Assembly (NCBI RefSeq): GCF_006345805.1
Contig: NC_043024.1
Span: forward strand, 12,710,001 to 12,774,000
Origin: Octopus sinensis
Lineage: Eukaryota
Reading direction: 5' to 3'
Length of the DNA: 64,000 nucleotides
This document shows, piece after piece, positions 12,132-22,800 of the stretch. Both the position numbers and the translations under genes were made by a program. Each line of letters begins with the position of its first letter. The first letter of the stretch is position 1. The notes beneath the pieces were generated by a model, which worked only from the letters and a program-made list of their open reading frames with translations, made no database searches and was not told where the DNA came from.

Positions 12132-12720
12132 CAGACATCATCATCATCACTGCGTGAGGGAGCAACGCATGCCATCAGAGTGATCCTGGGTTTCAAATAT
12201 ACGAAGCCACTATGACTACCCGTCTGACAAAGGCACACCAGGCATATACATCCCAACCATATGACATTGCATATTGAGATACACAGCGCATGATCTTGCA
12301 GGTGGGGCTCAGTCAGAATTTTCTTAAGGTCAAGTAGCCCATCCTGCTCAAAAATTCCCCGAATAAGGTTTGTGTTGTATCGCAGGTTCGACGTACGATA
12401 TAACGGAATAATAATATTGTCCTGGCGAATCGTTCTACACACAATACTGGTAAGACCCCTCGACAACACGCAACTCTCGGCTTTACACTGTTCTGAAGGT
12501 GCCCTGCGTATGTCCATTTATATTGTGGCACAGTCCATTAGGAGCCAACCAATAGGTGTGTTCTTCTTCCACACAACAGTTCGTTTGAGGATAATGAATG
12601 AAACACCTATAGTTCCAGAGGTGAATTCATTAAAACCCCAAAGAATACCTCTCAACACATGGTTATAATGCTCCCCACTACTGCTCCTGGTCAGGGATGT
12701 ACATGACATCAGCCACTAAG
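12132..12720 (-). mobile_element. Probable 3' UTR/tail of a non-LTR retrotransposon
   Basis: Complex non-coding sequence ending in a (GAT)n tail on the minus strand; no convincing protein motif in its ORFs; assignment is inference. Confidence 0.35.
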
Positions 12721-12759
12721 GGACATTTTCGAATTCCACTTGGAGGAAAATTGGAAGTG

Positions 12760-14545
12760 GAGAGAGTGTTGTGCTCTTCGGCCTCTGTAAATTCGTCCAA
12801 ATATGGGAGAATATAATGTGAATGGCGCGAATGAATGTACCTGCTATAAGTATGCGCCTGAAGGCTGAATGGCTCCTTAATGTGAATGGTAAGGTTGCTA
12901 AGGCGGCGAGCTGGCAGAAATGTTAGCACGCCGGGCGAAATGCTTAGCGGTATTTCGTCTGTCGTTACGTTGTGAGTTCAAATTCCGCCGAGGTCAACTT
13001 TGCCTTTCATCCTTTCGGGGTCGATAAATTAAGTACCAGTTACGCTCTGGGGTCGATATAATCGACTTAATACCTATGTCTGTCCTTGTTTGTCCCCTCT
13101 ATGTTTAGCCCCTTGTGGGTAATAAAGAAATAGGTATTTCGTCTGCGTTACGTTGTGAGTTCAAATTCCGCCGAGGTCGACTTTGCCTTTCATCCTTTCG
13201 GGGTCGATAAATTAAGTACCAGTTACGCACTGGGGTCGATGTAATCGACTTAATACCTATGTCTGTCCTTGTTTGTCCCCTCTATGTTTAGCCCCTTGTG
13301 GGTAATAAAGAAATAGGTAAGGTTGCTAGTTTCAATGAGTGTGTTAGTGTTGCAAAGGAAAGAGCCGATTTTGTAGCGAGGATGAGTGGAGGGACTGCAT
13401 TCAGGGTGTGTGTAGAGATTTGAATAGGTAGTGGCAATGTAGGTCACAGACACTCTTAAAAGAGGGATGAGGCATTAGTTTTAGACTGGAGGTCGCGGAG
13501 GAGGCGCAAGATAGTAGGCCGAAGGGGCTGAATGGTGGGGAGGTACGCGAATTGAAAGCTTGGGCGAAGGGTTACTTGTCAGACGCGAGGTGTACAGGTT
13601 GCGGTGCGGTCAACAGCTCAGGAAAGGGCGGCTGAGATAAGTGTTCGATTTGTAACTCCATCGAATAAATAAACCTGCCCCGTGTTGAGTCTGCGTCTCT
13701 CAGTCATGCTTAGAACTAGAAAAGTGGGACAAATTATGAATTGAAACAAGATGGTGGCGTACTTTGTGTGGGTGGGACAATGGAAGGAAAGTTAAATTAA
13801 GAGATGGAGTGTGCGGATTTGAAGAAAATAAGAGTAGAAGGAGCGAGAGTGTTGTGTTCGATAGAGAGAGTGAATGAAATAGGAAGTATCAGAGAAGGAG
13901 GTTGTGGAGTTGGGAGATAAATGAATGGCGCTGAGGAAGAAGAGGAAAAGGATGATGTGAGAGTTGGCAGCAATATCGCCAGGAGTGCAGGAGATGTGTT
14001 GTTTTTTAGGGGGAACGAATGAACTAAAGAAGGAATGGAGACTCAACGAAGCTGATAAATAGTTGGCAAAGTTGGGGTTCATTTTCGTGCCCATGGCTAC
14101 TTCATTGATCGCTGCTAAGTATAACCGGCGATTGAGGGTGACATCTTGTTCTGTTAAAAAGAGGTGGAGTGGATAGAGTGGCACGGAAGAGTCGGAGGTT
14201 GAGGAGCGCATTATCGGGAGATTTGACAGAATATAAAAGATTGATGACCAGAAAACAAAAGATGTAAGGAGGACCTGGGAAAGAAGGACTTGAGTGGAAA
14301 GCCGGACATGGTTGGTGTCGCAGAAGGGATGAGAAGGGCTGAAAAGTGGGATGAGAGATGGTTGTCAAGGTAAGTGGGAATAAGGTCCACAGCGCAGATA
14401 CAAACGAAATAAATGGAGCGGCCCAGGTTGGCTAATTTGTAGATCTTGGAGAGGAGTACTTGGGTGGGTAGAAAGATGTGGTTGAGATGAAGTCGGAAAG
14501 AGTACAGCGAGATAAGATTGATATATGCGATGGCGGCGGGAGGAA
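12760..14545 (-). pseudogene. Decayed Penelope-like retroelement RT plus start of GIY-YIG, interrupted by a SINE
   Basis: Minus frames: LLSKIYKLANLGRSIYFVCICAVDLIPTYLDNHLS (cf. LPKIHK-NPGRPIVS-C-TELIS-YLD), NEVAMGTKMNPNFAN (cf. NGVAMGTKMGPSYAN), PECSPSTHPRYKIGSFLCNT then NLTIHIKEPFS across the SINE insertion. Confidence 0.8.
12901..13315 (+). mobile_element. SINE family A, tandem dimer with 13-bp TSD
   Basis: Units start at 12949 and 13133; TSD GGTAAGGTTGCTA at 12888-12900 and 13316-13328. Confidence 0.95.
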
Positions 14546-15619
14546 AATATTTATGTTTTATACACAAACACATACACACATATAAATATAAACATACACA
14601 CATAGATAGACAGATACATACTTACATATATATGTTTACACACACACACATGCATAACTATGCATGTAAACATGGGAAATAAATGCATGCATACGTACCT
14701 ACACACGTGTTGTGTGTGTGTGTGTGTGTGTGTCTGTGCACATACATGTGTGAGTACGGATGGATATAACTATGGAAGCACAACTATCTATCTACATACA
14801 TACATGCATTCACATATGTATAAGTCTGTCTGTCTGTCTCTCTATCTATACACACAGGTGTAATACCTACTTAGCACATACATCATTTTTGTCAGGCCAT
14901 AATTCCTTTCAAGACTTAAAGAAAAGCATGTTATTCATTTGATTGTAACTATAAACACACACACGCACACACACACACACACAACACACACACACACACA
15001 CCGAAAACGGAGATACACGACGCAGGCGTACACACCCCTATTGGTATGTGTGTATATATATATATATATGTATGTATGTGTATATATGAATTACATATAT
15101 GTGTATGTATATGTATATATGTATAGATAGATATATAAATACATATACATATATATATATACACCCATATAATATATATATATGTTTCATATATAAATAT
15201 ATGTTTTATATATACATATATATATATATATATAAAACATATATATATATATATCATCGTACATCTCGTTCTTCACAAGAATGAAAATTTTAGTGAAAGG
15301 CATTTTATGTGGAATTCAACTTGGAATCCACCAAAAGCTAACGGGGAATAAAACAAACAAATAAAAAGAACAAAAAACAAAACAAATAGAGAAAAGTTCT
15401 GGAAACTTCCATTACGAATACTTACGGAAAGTACGGACCTGAGTTAAAATGTAAATGGGTTTTAACAGTTGACAATAAGATTCGGAGTGAGAATAAGTCA
15501 ATTTGATAAAATGTATTGAATTTATACACACATACATGCATATATATATATATATATATATACATTTTTCGGCATATATATGTATGCGTGTATTGCATAT
15601 ATATATATAAATATGCATG

Positions 15620-15832
15620 TGTACATACACACATACATACATACATACATACACACATACATACATACATACATACATACATACAACACACACATACATA
15701 CATACATACATACATACATACGTACATACACACATACATACATACATACATACATACACACACACATACATACACACACATACACACACATACATACATA
15801 CATACATACATACATACATACATACATACATG
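15620..15832. repeat. (TACA)n/(CA)n microsatellite
   Basis: Direct reading. Confidence 0.95.
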
Positions 15833-16354
15833 TTAATATCTGAATAAATGCATATGTGTGTGTATATATATATATATATCAGTGGATGTGTGAGTGCATG
15901 TGTGTCGCTGTGGGTCCTTACATATATTTATGTGCAAATATATGTATGTTGTAAGCTTTGTATGTGCTTACGACACCCCTTTGTATTCATGTATAACTGT
16001 GTGTATACGTGTATTTATATTTAACGACATATATTATATATATATATATATGTATGCATATCTCCTCCTCTTAGTTTATATCTAAACACGTGTGCGTGCA
16101 CGCGTTGGCGCGCGCTTCTTATATAAGTGTGTGCTATAGAAGTTCAGTTTGAAACCAGAGGATTTGCGTTCGATTCTGCTGCGTAGTACTTTTTCAGATG
16201 TCTTCTGAGGTTGTATGATATCTAGTTTATGAACATTTGTAGATAATTGCCTCCTATACACACGTACACACACACACATTATACATATACGTGTACATAT
16301 AACTGCGTGCGCGCGTGTGCATGTGTGTGTGTGTGTGCGTGTATTTAATTGTGC

Positions 16355-16680
16355 AGACATAGTGGTATAGCATAGAAGTTCTCTTCCCAGTTACATGGAT
16401 TCGTGTTCAATCCAACCTCATGACAACATGAACAAGGACAAGGGGCTTCTAGAATCGTAAAGAGACCAATGCGTTTTGAGTGAATTTGGTAGGCGGAGAC
16501 TGTGTGGAATCTCAGTGTGTGTGTGTATGTATGCTTGCATGTGTGTGTGAATATGTCTTTGCGTTTGTGTTTCTCCCACTTGCGCTTCATAACCGCTGAT
16601 TGTCTTTTTACTTCTCCGTAAACCCGAGACGCTGCTCTTGGACGGCAGCCGTCTAATGAAAGATGGAAAACGGGAAGAAA
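16355..16680 (+). mobile_element. SINE family B, old diverged copy
   Basis: GTGTTCAATCCAAC B-box-like; TTTTGAGTGAATTTGGTAGGCGGAGACTG matches TTGTGAGTGGATTTGGTAGACGGAAACTG. Confidence 0.6.
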
Positions 16681-16746
16681 GGTAAAAGTTTAAAAGATAA
16701 ACTACCCCCACACACATGTATGTGAGATTGCGTGTGTATATCCAAA

Positions 16747-17111
16747 TGTGGGGGTGCAATGACCCAGTAGTTAGGGCAGCGGACTCGGGGTCGGGAGATC
16801 GCCGTTTCGATTCCCAGACGGGGCATTGTGAGTGTTTATTGAGCGAAAACGCCACGAGGCTCCGGCAGTGGGTGGTGGCGAACCCTGCTGTACACTTTCA
16901 CCACAAATTCCTCTCACTCTTTCTAACTGTTTGTGTTGTACCTGTATTTCAAAGGGCCAGCTTTGTCACACTCTGTGTCATGCTGAATCTCCCCGAGAAC
17001 TACGTTAGGGGTACGCGTGTCTGTGGAGTGCTCAGCCACTTGCACATTAATTTCACGAGCAGGCTGTTCCGTTGATCGGATCAATTGGACCCCTCGTCTT
17101 CGTAACCGACG
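16747..17111 (+). mobile_element. SINE family C (tRNA-Arg-like head)
   Basis: Head GCAATGACCCAGTAGTTAGGGCAGCGGACTCG...GTTTCGATTCCCAG; body near-identical to copies at 31104-31491 and 39255-39608. Confidence 0.9.
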
Positions 17112-17121
17112 CACAATCACA

Positions 17122-17160
<39 letters not shown>

Positions 17161-17168
<8 letters not shown>

Positions 17169-17442
17169 TCGAGACAAAACCACTATTTTAAAACCAACAA
17201 AATTTGATACTGATTAGAAGATCGAAAATCCACCTGAAGATTGTCGGTAGCAGACATGAAACATTTGTGTGGGCGGTTTATTTAATTTTATTTTAAAATT
17301 TTATGTATTGATTAAGTCTTTCCTTGTTTGGTTTTAAAATAGTGGTTTTGTCTCGAATTTATTATATATTTTTACTATAAAATTGGATTTAACCCTAAAT
17401 CTGATTTTTCCCTGTATTTTGGATTCATTCCCTAATATTTAT

Positions 17443-17450
<8 letters not shown>
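17161..17450 (+). mobile_element. Penelope-type pLTR remnant with 37-bp inverted repeat and hammerhead-like motif
   Basis: Inverted arms 17161-17197 / 17328-17364 (1 mismatch); TCCAC-CTGAAGA-T-TGTC(GGTAGCA)GACA-T-GAAACATTTGT-GTGGG at 17229-17273; flanked by (TA)n; related arm at ~59964-60045. Confidence 0.65.
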
Positions 17451-17481
<31 letters not shown>

Positions 17482-17486
<5 letters not shown>

Positions 17487-17700
17487 ACGGGAAGCTTTAT
17501 GAAAATAAACAAAAGACGAAAGCAGGTGGAGTACAAACAAACAATTGTATTAGTATGGCGCTCAGGAATATAAATAAAACAAGTCTTTTACGTTTCGAGC
17601 ATACGCTCTTCAACAGAAAGATACACAGAAAAGAAACACGGAGAGAAACAAGGAGAGAAAAAAAATGCGTGCAGAAGCTAACGATTCAACATGGCATAAT
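17482..17700 (-). mobile_element. Family D short element with minimal hammerhead-like motif (17584-17621)
   Basis: Minus strand TCTTT-CTGTTGA-A-GAGC(GTAT)GCTC-GAAA-CG-TA-AAAGA; abuts (TA)n. Confidence 0.75.
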
Positions 17701-18295
17701 GTTGTAATTTCTGGTACCATTAGTTTCGTGGGAAGCAGTTTGCCTTATATCGTTGTTGTTCTAATTTTGGAGCCAAGTTATCCGTTACACGTCTTAACAA
17801 TAAAACATGGAGACAGGAAATTTGCACAATCACGTCATTACACAAACATGTCGACCTAAAACTGTTGCACAGGATAATAAACCTAATTCATAACTGTTTA
17901 TTCAAAACTTCTCCGAGGTTAAACAATTTTGGCCAAACTTTAAACTTTAACAAAAATGACATCATCACGTGACTTTTTCGCTTCTCTTCTGTCAGTCTGT
18001 CTGTCTCTCTCCCACCTTTTCTTCTACTCCTCTTCTCGCTCCACCCCTTTCTATCGCAACTGCGTTCTCAAACTCACAAACACACATACACACACATACA
18101 TGCAAGTATCTGTATGCGTATGTCTTTTTGTATGGTTCTGTCTCCGCACTAAGCAAAATGTGACGGTTTATTTACGTTGGTTAGCGGTTCCGCACAAGAA
18201 GCGATAGAAGTACGAGAGGGCGATTCGTTCGATTAAATTTTCTACAAGGCGGTACTCCAGCATGGCTGTAGCCCAGCAAATGAAACAACTAAAAG

Positions 18296-18297
<2 letters not shown>

Positions 18298-18328
<31 letters not shown>

Positions 18329-18850
18329 CATGTGTGTGTGTGTATGTATATGTGTGTACGTGTCTTTTAATTATGTGTGTGTTGTGTGTATGGTATATGT
18401 GTGTACGTGTCTATATATATATATATATGTACACAATATATATATGTATATGTGGGTGTGTGTGTGTATGTATAGTGTTGTACGTGTCATATATATATAT
18501 ATATATATATGTACATATATATATATGTATATATATGTGTGTGTGGTGTGTTGTATATTGTGTACGTGTCTATATATATATATATATGTACACACATATA
18601 TATATGTATATGTGTGTGTGTGTGTGTATGTATATGTGTGTACGTGTCATATATATATATATATATATATGTACATATATATATATGTATATATATGTGT
18701 GTGTGTATGTATATGTGTGTACGTGTCATATATATATATATATGTACATATATATCTATATATATATATGTATATATATGTATGTATATACATATATATA
18801 TATGTGTGTATATACACACACACACACATGTATACATATAAATATGTATA
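18298..18850. repeat. Compound microsatellite with ~80-bp higher-order period
   Basis: Anchor GTACGTGTC recurs at ~18357, 18403, 18480, 18562, 18640 and 18719. Confidence 0.8.
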
Positions 18851-19544
18851 CATACGTACAATTGCACACAAACACAAATAGACACATATACTAAACGCAC
18901 CCATCTATATTTTTAAATCTTCGCAAATAAATGGAAGATGATATTTTAAGTGAGTTTTGAAGACAATGTCGTCGAAGTTCCATTAAGAACATTTAAACGA
19001 AACAGCTTCGGCGAAACCAAGGATTCGATTTCGGCGTTTCCGATAACAATCGGTAATGGAGTGTTAAGACGAGATATACGGTTGCGTAATACCATTAACA
19101 CCGATGATTCCAGGTATGCCATTTCTTATCGTTTGTGTCACACCGTGAGAACTCATTGTTGTCCTAATCTGTACCAGTTAAAGAGAGAGACACACTCAAT
19201 GCGTAATCGAAAAGGGGCTTTCGATTGATATCGTTCAATCGATCTATCTGTATTTTGATCATAACCATCACAAGTGTATCGATACCCGAACTCGTATACA
19301 CACACAAACAAAGAAATACGTTCCCACTTACATATACACTCCGAGGCTTTATGCACTTGCTTGGGTATACACAGCCACACGCATACGGATGTTACTTTTA
19401 AAGGGAAGCTTGATCAAAAGGAAAAGTAAAAAGAAATTCACACACGCACTCATACGCACAAAAGAACAGAAACACACCCCAAGGGTTCTTTGCAGTTTTC
19501 ACATGGTCTGTATATGTAGATGTTAAACTCTTCATGTTTTTTTA

Positions 19545-19826
19545 TACTCTAGGCACAAAGCCCGAAATTTTGGGGAGTGGGGGCCAGTCGATTAGATCGA
19601 CCCCAGTACGCAACTGGTGCTTCATTTATCGACTACGAAAGGATGAAAGGCAAAGTGGACCTAGGAGCAATTTGAACTCAGAACGTAATGACAGACGAAA
19701 TACCCATTTCTTTACTACCCACAAGGGGCTAAACACAGAGGGGACGAACAAGGACAGACAAACGGATTAAGTAACTGGTACTTATTTAATCGACCCAGAA
19801 AGAATGAAAGGCAAAGTCGACCTCTG
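19545..19826 (-). mobile_element. SINE family A, 5'-truncated dimer with two tail types
   Basis: Two cores; junction GAAATACCC/ATTTCTTT at ~19703; terminal tail of the alternative type (CCCCAAAATTTCGGGCTTTGTGCCTAGAGTA on the minus strand). Confidence 0.85.
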
Positions 19827-20120
19827 CGACTCAAGGAACGAGAGTATCGTGCGGTACTACTTATCAAACGAATTACAAATCGAAGAGTTGTAGATTTGTA
19901 TAACCTGTAAAAAAAAAAAATATATGTGTATGTATGTATACACACACACTCATATGCTTCTCTCCCTCACTCACTATCTATCTATCCATTATTCGTCCTC
20001 TCTCTATTACTGTCTGTCTCACTGTTTTAATGCATCATTATCAGCTGTTAGTTGCTCAACGTTACAAAAATTATGCGCAATTTCGTATTTATTCTATTCA
20101 ACAATTTTCGTATCACATAG

Positions 20121-20153
<33 letters not shown>

Positions 20154-20179
20154 ATTGTGTTGTATGTATGTATGTGTGC

Positions 20180-20227
<48 letters not shown>

Positions 20228-20559
20228 GAGAGAGAGAGAGAGAGAGAGATACATAGAAAGAAAGAGAGACAACCATACAAGTATATACATATATATGTAA
20301 ATATGTATATTGATGCATACACGCATACATATATATATTTGTAGAAATTTTAAGAAATCTTTTTACCAAGATTTCTTGATACAGTCACCAAAATGTTAAA
20401 AATCAGAATGACGGGAATCCTTTGAAAAGAAACGCCTTTTATTAGCAAGCGCTTTCTCTGTTTACAGCTGTTCGGACACACGTATTAAACGAGTAATCTG
20501 TACAAATCAAGCGATTTTGAGTAGCAGTGGTTTTTCTTTCGCCATTGATCGTTTTCTTA

Positions 20560-20900
20560 TTTTATTGTGAAATAAAAAAAACCCGGAATACTATGAATTT
20601 TTTATTTGTACTACATGGAAAACTTTCCAGCTACTGTATATGGAACATTCCTAAGAGATGAATCTTTGTATTGTGTGTGATGTAGCCTAACACGATGCGC
20701 TAGCTTTGATCCTGTGTATCTGATATGATTTTTACAGCTCTGGGAATTTGATGTAGTATACGTGTTGTTTTTGTTTCTCTTATTTGTATTGAACCGTGTT
20801 TTAATGTAGGAAATACCATTATCTTGGAAATTAACTATTTTAATCGCTTGGAGCTTGAAAGTACATCGATATGTCCCAATGAAAATGCCGGTGAAAAAAA
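20560..20900 (-). pseudogene. Decayed Penelope-type GIY-YIG endonuclease fragment
   Basis: ORF 20611-20928: IKTRFNT...SCKNHIRYTGSKLAHRVRLHHTQYKDSSLRNVP resembles C-xxYIGQTGxxLxxRxxxHxxQIxxPxxR. Confidence 0.55.
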
Positions 20901-20948
20901 CTATTCTATTCTTCTCTTTAAATGTCAAAATTTACTGATAGGATATTA

Positions 20949-21174
20949 TTGGGTCGGTGCATAATTATCGCGGCTTTTTTTCAACAAATTTTATTCAACA
21001 AAAACATCTTTAAATGACGGTCTGACCGTCTGCCAAGCAAATGGGAAGCGGTAATTGAAGTAGATGGTGAATATGCTCCGGAATAATAATTTAAAGATGT
21101 TTTTGTTGCTTGTTATTGTTTTTGTTGAATAAAATTTGTTGAAAACAAGTCGCAATAATTATGTACCAACCCAA
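20949..21174 (+). mobile_element. Mariner-derived MITE / internal deletion derivative (226 bp)
   Basis: TA on both sides; ~57-bp imperfect TIRs (TTGGGTCGGTGCATAATTAT... / ...ATAATTATGTACCAACCCAA); interior encodes DRLPSKWEAVIEVDGEYAPE*, a mariner transposase C-terminus. Confidence 0.88.
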
Positions 21175-21659
21175 TATAATGTAGAGAACATGAATTTTGC
21201 GAAGAACCACGTGATTTTATGATTGTTAAGAGAAGTGGTGAGAAGACCTTTTTTTGTCTACAAATATCATTCTTCTACAAATATCATTCTTACGATGCGA
21301 GAGTAGCATTTTAAATTGTTTGTCAGCAAGCCCTAACATTTTCCTTACTGCTTGCAAGAGGGACCTTAGATGAATGAAATGACATTTTGCAGTTATTGAA
21401 GTAGGTATTGTATTCATAACGAGGCTGAAGACACGAAAACGACCCAAACTTTTTCTATGTGAATCGATGGATTTCACATGTTTTTAAGTATAACAAATGA
21501 AGGAACGAATGCGTGACAGACTTTCATATCTTGATGATTAATAAAATGATATTTCGTTCTGTTTACTTCTATGTTTGCTATATACAGTCATAAACAGTTG
21601 CAGATAGAGAAAAGCGAAGTCGCTTACTTGTCGACCCATTTTGCCGGTTTGATCCCAGG

Positions 21660-22120
21660 ATCGTAATGAAAGAGGAAGAAAAACAAAACAAAAAACTACA
21701 ATTCCTTAAACTTTGAAACAGGAAGAATTTGGAACATGCGAACAGTAAAAGTCGTGCCTATAACAATTGGTGTGTTGGGAACAGTAAGCAAAGGTATAGA
21801 CAATTGGTGTGTTGGGAACAGTAAGCAAAGGTATAGACAATTGGTGTGTTGGGAACAGTAAGCAAAGGTATAGACAAATGGCTGAAGGAAATTGAAATAG
21901 AATGTCCGGTAGAGCTCTTACAGAGAGTTTGTCTCTTAGAGGGCAACAAGGATTATCAGGAGGGTTCTAAGCACTTGAAAGAGTGCCGAAAACTGGTGGA
22001 TACCTAAAGTTACAGATAGTAACCTGCTTTCCCTATAATTACTGCCAGGAATAATACCGAACCCGAGCAAAACCAAAATAATAATAATAACTACAACAAC
22101 AATAATAATGATAATAATCC
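21660..22120 (+). pseudogene. 3' end of R4/Dong-type LINE (RLE C-terminus, short 3' UTR, (AAT)n tail)
   Basis: KEEENKTKNYNSLNFETGRIWNMRTVKVVPITIGVLGTVSKGID...KWLKEIEIECPVELLQRVCLL...RIIRRVLST*; followed by (AAT)n at ~22077-22118. Confidence 0.85.
21763..21877 (+). repeat. Perfect 37-bp x3 tandem repeat
   Basis: ACAATTGGTGTGTTGGGAACAGTAAGCAAAGGTATAG at 21763, 21800 and 21837. Confidence 0.97.
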
Positions 22121-22644
22121 AAATGATTTGCTTGTTTAGATTTGTTTCCCAATTTTCTGTTCACCTTCATATTCTTTCTCTGATATTTTAGTCGTAACTG
22201 GCAGCCCCTAGAAATCGTAATAAAAGAAAAAAAAAATAATTGGTGTTTTTGTCACCTTAAAACCCCGGCCATCTTTGTGAGTCGTGTATCCCTGAATCTT
22301 TAAGTGAAGGTTTCTGACACGGCAAGTGTTCCACTGAAGGCCAGGATGAATCTGATCATTATTCAAATAGTGGCGTGAGGATTAGGGAGTGAATTCAAAA
22401 TAACAAATAGATTTGTTATGGGATGACACTAGACGAACGAATCTGTCAGAAGAGAATTCAGAAAAAGGAAAGAAAATGCATGAAATGCAAATAGAGAGTG
22501 ACAATTCCTTGTCACAGGACAATGACTGCTCGATCAGAAGAAAAAATAGAGATCGAATTATGGGAAGATAATGGCTATCCCTGGTGGAGATGGAAGGGAT
22601 CTTCAAAAGTGAATGATGAAGGACTAAGCTAAATGGAAGCGGAA

Positions 22645-22800
22645 ATAGAAGAAGGAAGAGGAGGAGGGGTAGAAGAAGGAGAAAAGGAAGAAGAAGAAGA
22701 AGAAAAGGAAGGAGAAAAGGAAGAAGAAGAAGAAAAGGAAGGAGAAAAGGAAGAAGAAGAAGAAAAAGGAAGAAGAAGAAGAAAAAAGAAAAAGAAGTAA
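22645..22800. repeat. Polypurine (GAA)-rich tract with ~30-bp period
   Basis: GAAGGAGAAAAGGAAGAAGAAGAAGAAAAG repeated ~3 times. Confidence 0.85.

Noticed and set aside
12949-13315. Hammerhead ribozyme within the SINE A tandem unit (retrozyme hypothesis)
   Set aside because: No CUGANGA/GAAA core with compatible stems found on either strand.
21763-21877. CRISPR-like 37-bp repeats
   Set aside because: Head-to-tail with no spacers, inside a LINE fragment, in eukaryotic context with no cas genes.
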